A DNA stretch of 64,000 bases from Albugo candida. Its lineage: Eukaryota. Where the stretch lies: positions 62,001 through 126,000 of the forward strand of contig JBDOQK010000054.1 in assembly GCA_040437565.1 (NCBI GenBank). Direction: 5' to 3'. This document shows, piece by piece, positions 62,726 to 64,000 of the stretch (positions are counted from its first letter, which is position 1; each line of letters starts with the position of its first letter). The position numbers and the translations under genes were made by a program. The notes under the pieces are model-generated. The model saw only the letters and a list, made by a program, of their open reading frames with translations, was not told the DNA's origin and did not search any database.

Positions 62726-64000
62726 ATGAAAAATTTGCTTCGCCTTTCGTTACATGAAAAAGTGTCATTTTTCTATTGCGCGTATATAAGTGAGCAATCT
62801 CTCGATAAAGAAGTTGATCGAGAGGCTATAAAGAGATGGGACAAAATACGTGCATCCAGTCGAAAATCTCGCGAACGCATCGCGTATCTCTTCTGTCAAG
62901 TCCAAAATGTATCGGCTTCCGATGTCCGTCATCTCGATGCGACGTACCGAGCCAAACGTGAGCTCGTGTTACTCTCCGAAGGTACAATAGGAGGCATAGA
63001 GTCCAATACGCATTCATATACCACCGTAAAGCCTTTTGCGCAATTCGATACAGCCAAACGGTACAATGAGTACATGCAAGAATGCGGCGCAGTCGAAGTC
63101 TATGTCGCGCTTTTGCTCCAATCAATATACGATCTCGAGCAAATTAACTTGCAGCATACGGACCAAGATAAATATCAATCAATGACAATGTCTCTTCAAA
63201 CAAATTTGGTGCTTGTGTACCTTCTAATTGTATTTAATCGCGACCGGCAATTAGGGACATTTGATCGTCAGATGTATGCGCTTGGAGTTCGAGGTCCGAC
63301 ATTCGCGTTGACAGCTATTATGGAATGTTTAGAGAAGTTTCACAGTGTTCCAAGCTTTCCAACGAAAAGACTTTTAATGTTGTTTTTTGAATGGTTCAGC
63401 CTCATTTTGGGAGATCATAAAACGCTCGAAAAGCTTAAACGACGACGAAGACGTTTTAACCATACGACGAACGGTGCTATTGTCGTGAAATCCTTTGGGA
63501 ATTATCGGGATACGGCCACAGTAGATCCTCAGGACCCGTACTTGATGCCAAAGAAAAAGCTCGGGAAAGTACGTGAGCAGATACATCAGCAGTATGCTTA
63601 CCAGCCCCATTATTTGTTGCCACCTTGCACCGCTTCGTTAGAAGAATTAGCGACTTGTTCAATGGATAAACTGGATCAAGAACGCGATGATCGAATTGAA
63701 GCGATCTATCAAATATGTCTTCCCCGATTACATGCATTCGGTCCCATTCTTGCAAATTTAATCGGGATTTGCTGTGGTTCCGCACTGAATGCAAGGGAGA
63801 AGAGGACGTTTTTCACCAGGCAGCAATCTAGTGAATTTGGTGAGGTTTATGGCGATGCGAATGGCGATGCTCAGTATTGGAAATGGTTACTTCGTGAAAA
63901 AGCTATATTACTCGATATATCGTGCTTGCTTTTGTTACTGATGCACAAGCATTTTCGGGCAAGCCATGCGTACAAAGCAGAGTATCTGATGCAGTTTTTA
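62726..64000 (+). CDS. STRIP1/2 (FAM40/Far11)-like STRIPAK subunit, 3' truncated by window
   Basis: Stop-free frame from ATG 62726 to the window end (425 codons). It has FPTKRLLMLFFEWFSLILG and REKAILLDISCLLLLLMHKHFRASHAYKAEYLMQFL, resembling FAM40/Far11 conserved blocks. Confidence 0.75.
   Translation, partial: MKNLLRLSLHEKVSFFYCAYISEQSLDKEVDREAIKRWDKIRASSRKSRERIAYLFCQVQNVSASDVRHLDATYRAKRELVLLSEGTIGGIESNTHSYTTVKPFAQFDTAKRYNEYMQECGAVEVYVALLLQSIYDLEQINLQHTDQDKYQSMTMSLQTNLVLVYLLIVFNRDRQLGTFDRQMYALGVRGPTFALTAIMECLEKFHSVPSFPTKRLLMLFFEWFSLILGDHKTLEKLKRRRRRFNHTTNGAIVVKSFGNYRDTATVDPQDPYLMPKKKLGKVREQIHQQYAYQPHYLLPPCTASLEELATCSMDKLDQERDDRIEAIYQICLPRLHAFGPILANLIGICCGSALNAREKRTFFTRQQSSEFGEVYGDANGDAQYWKWLLREKAILLDISCLLLLLMHKHFRASHAYKAEYLMQFL

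Overview
This is eukaryotic, intron-containing DNA, most consistent with an oomycete. Short ~45-65 nt introns, TCATTYnnnnTTY Inr/FPR core promoters and oomycete-type protein families support this; Albugo-like is my inference and is not proven. It is a draft scaffold with sixteen 100-N gaps, most flanked by unmerged duplicated contig ends. Two gene-dense housekeeping blocks flank a gene-sparse island. Block 1 (~2.5-27.8 kb) has CCDC90/MCUR1-like, Sen1/senataxin, an AI-2E transporter, DnaJ, mevalonate kinase, RRP12, a PWWP/AT-hook protein, a probable augmin HAUS7, a USP and an ankyrin protein. Block 2 (~52.4-64 kb) has SDHB, a PDZ-like protein, an OTU deubiquitinase, a Siw14-like phosphatase and STRIP/Far11. 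The island (~28-52 kb) holds retroelement debris, pseudogenes and secreted proteins. The main points of interest are: (1) three secreted Gly/Pro/Thr-rich proteins sharing a signal peptide, a Cys-rich domain and a position-conserved ~24-nt promoter element; (2) an inverted segmental duplication of a [secreted gene + SDHB] unit, in which one SDHB copy lost most of its presequence exon yet is nearly identical downstream; (3) a secreted PAN-cystine-knot-PAN protein behind a ~100-bp tandem repeat. All exon models and family calls were made by eye and are unverified.
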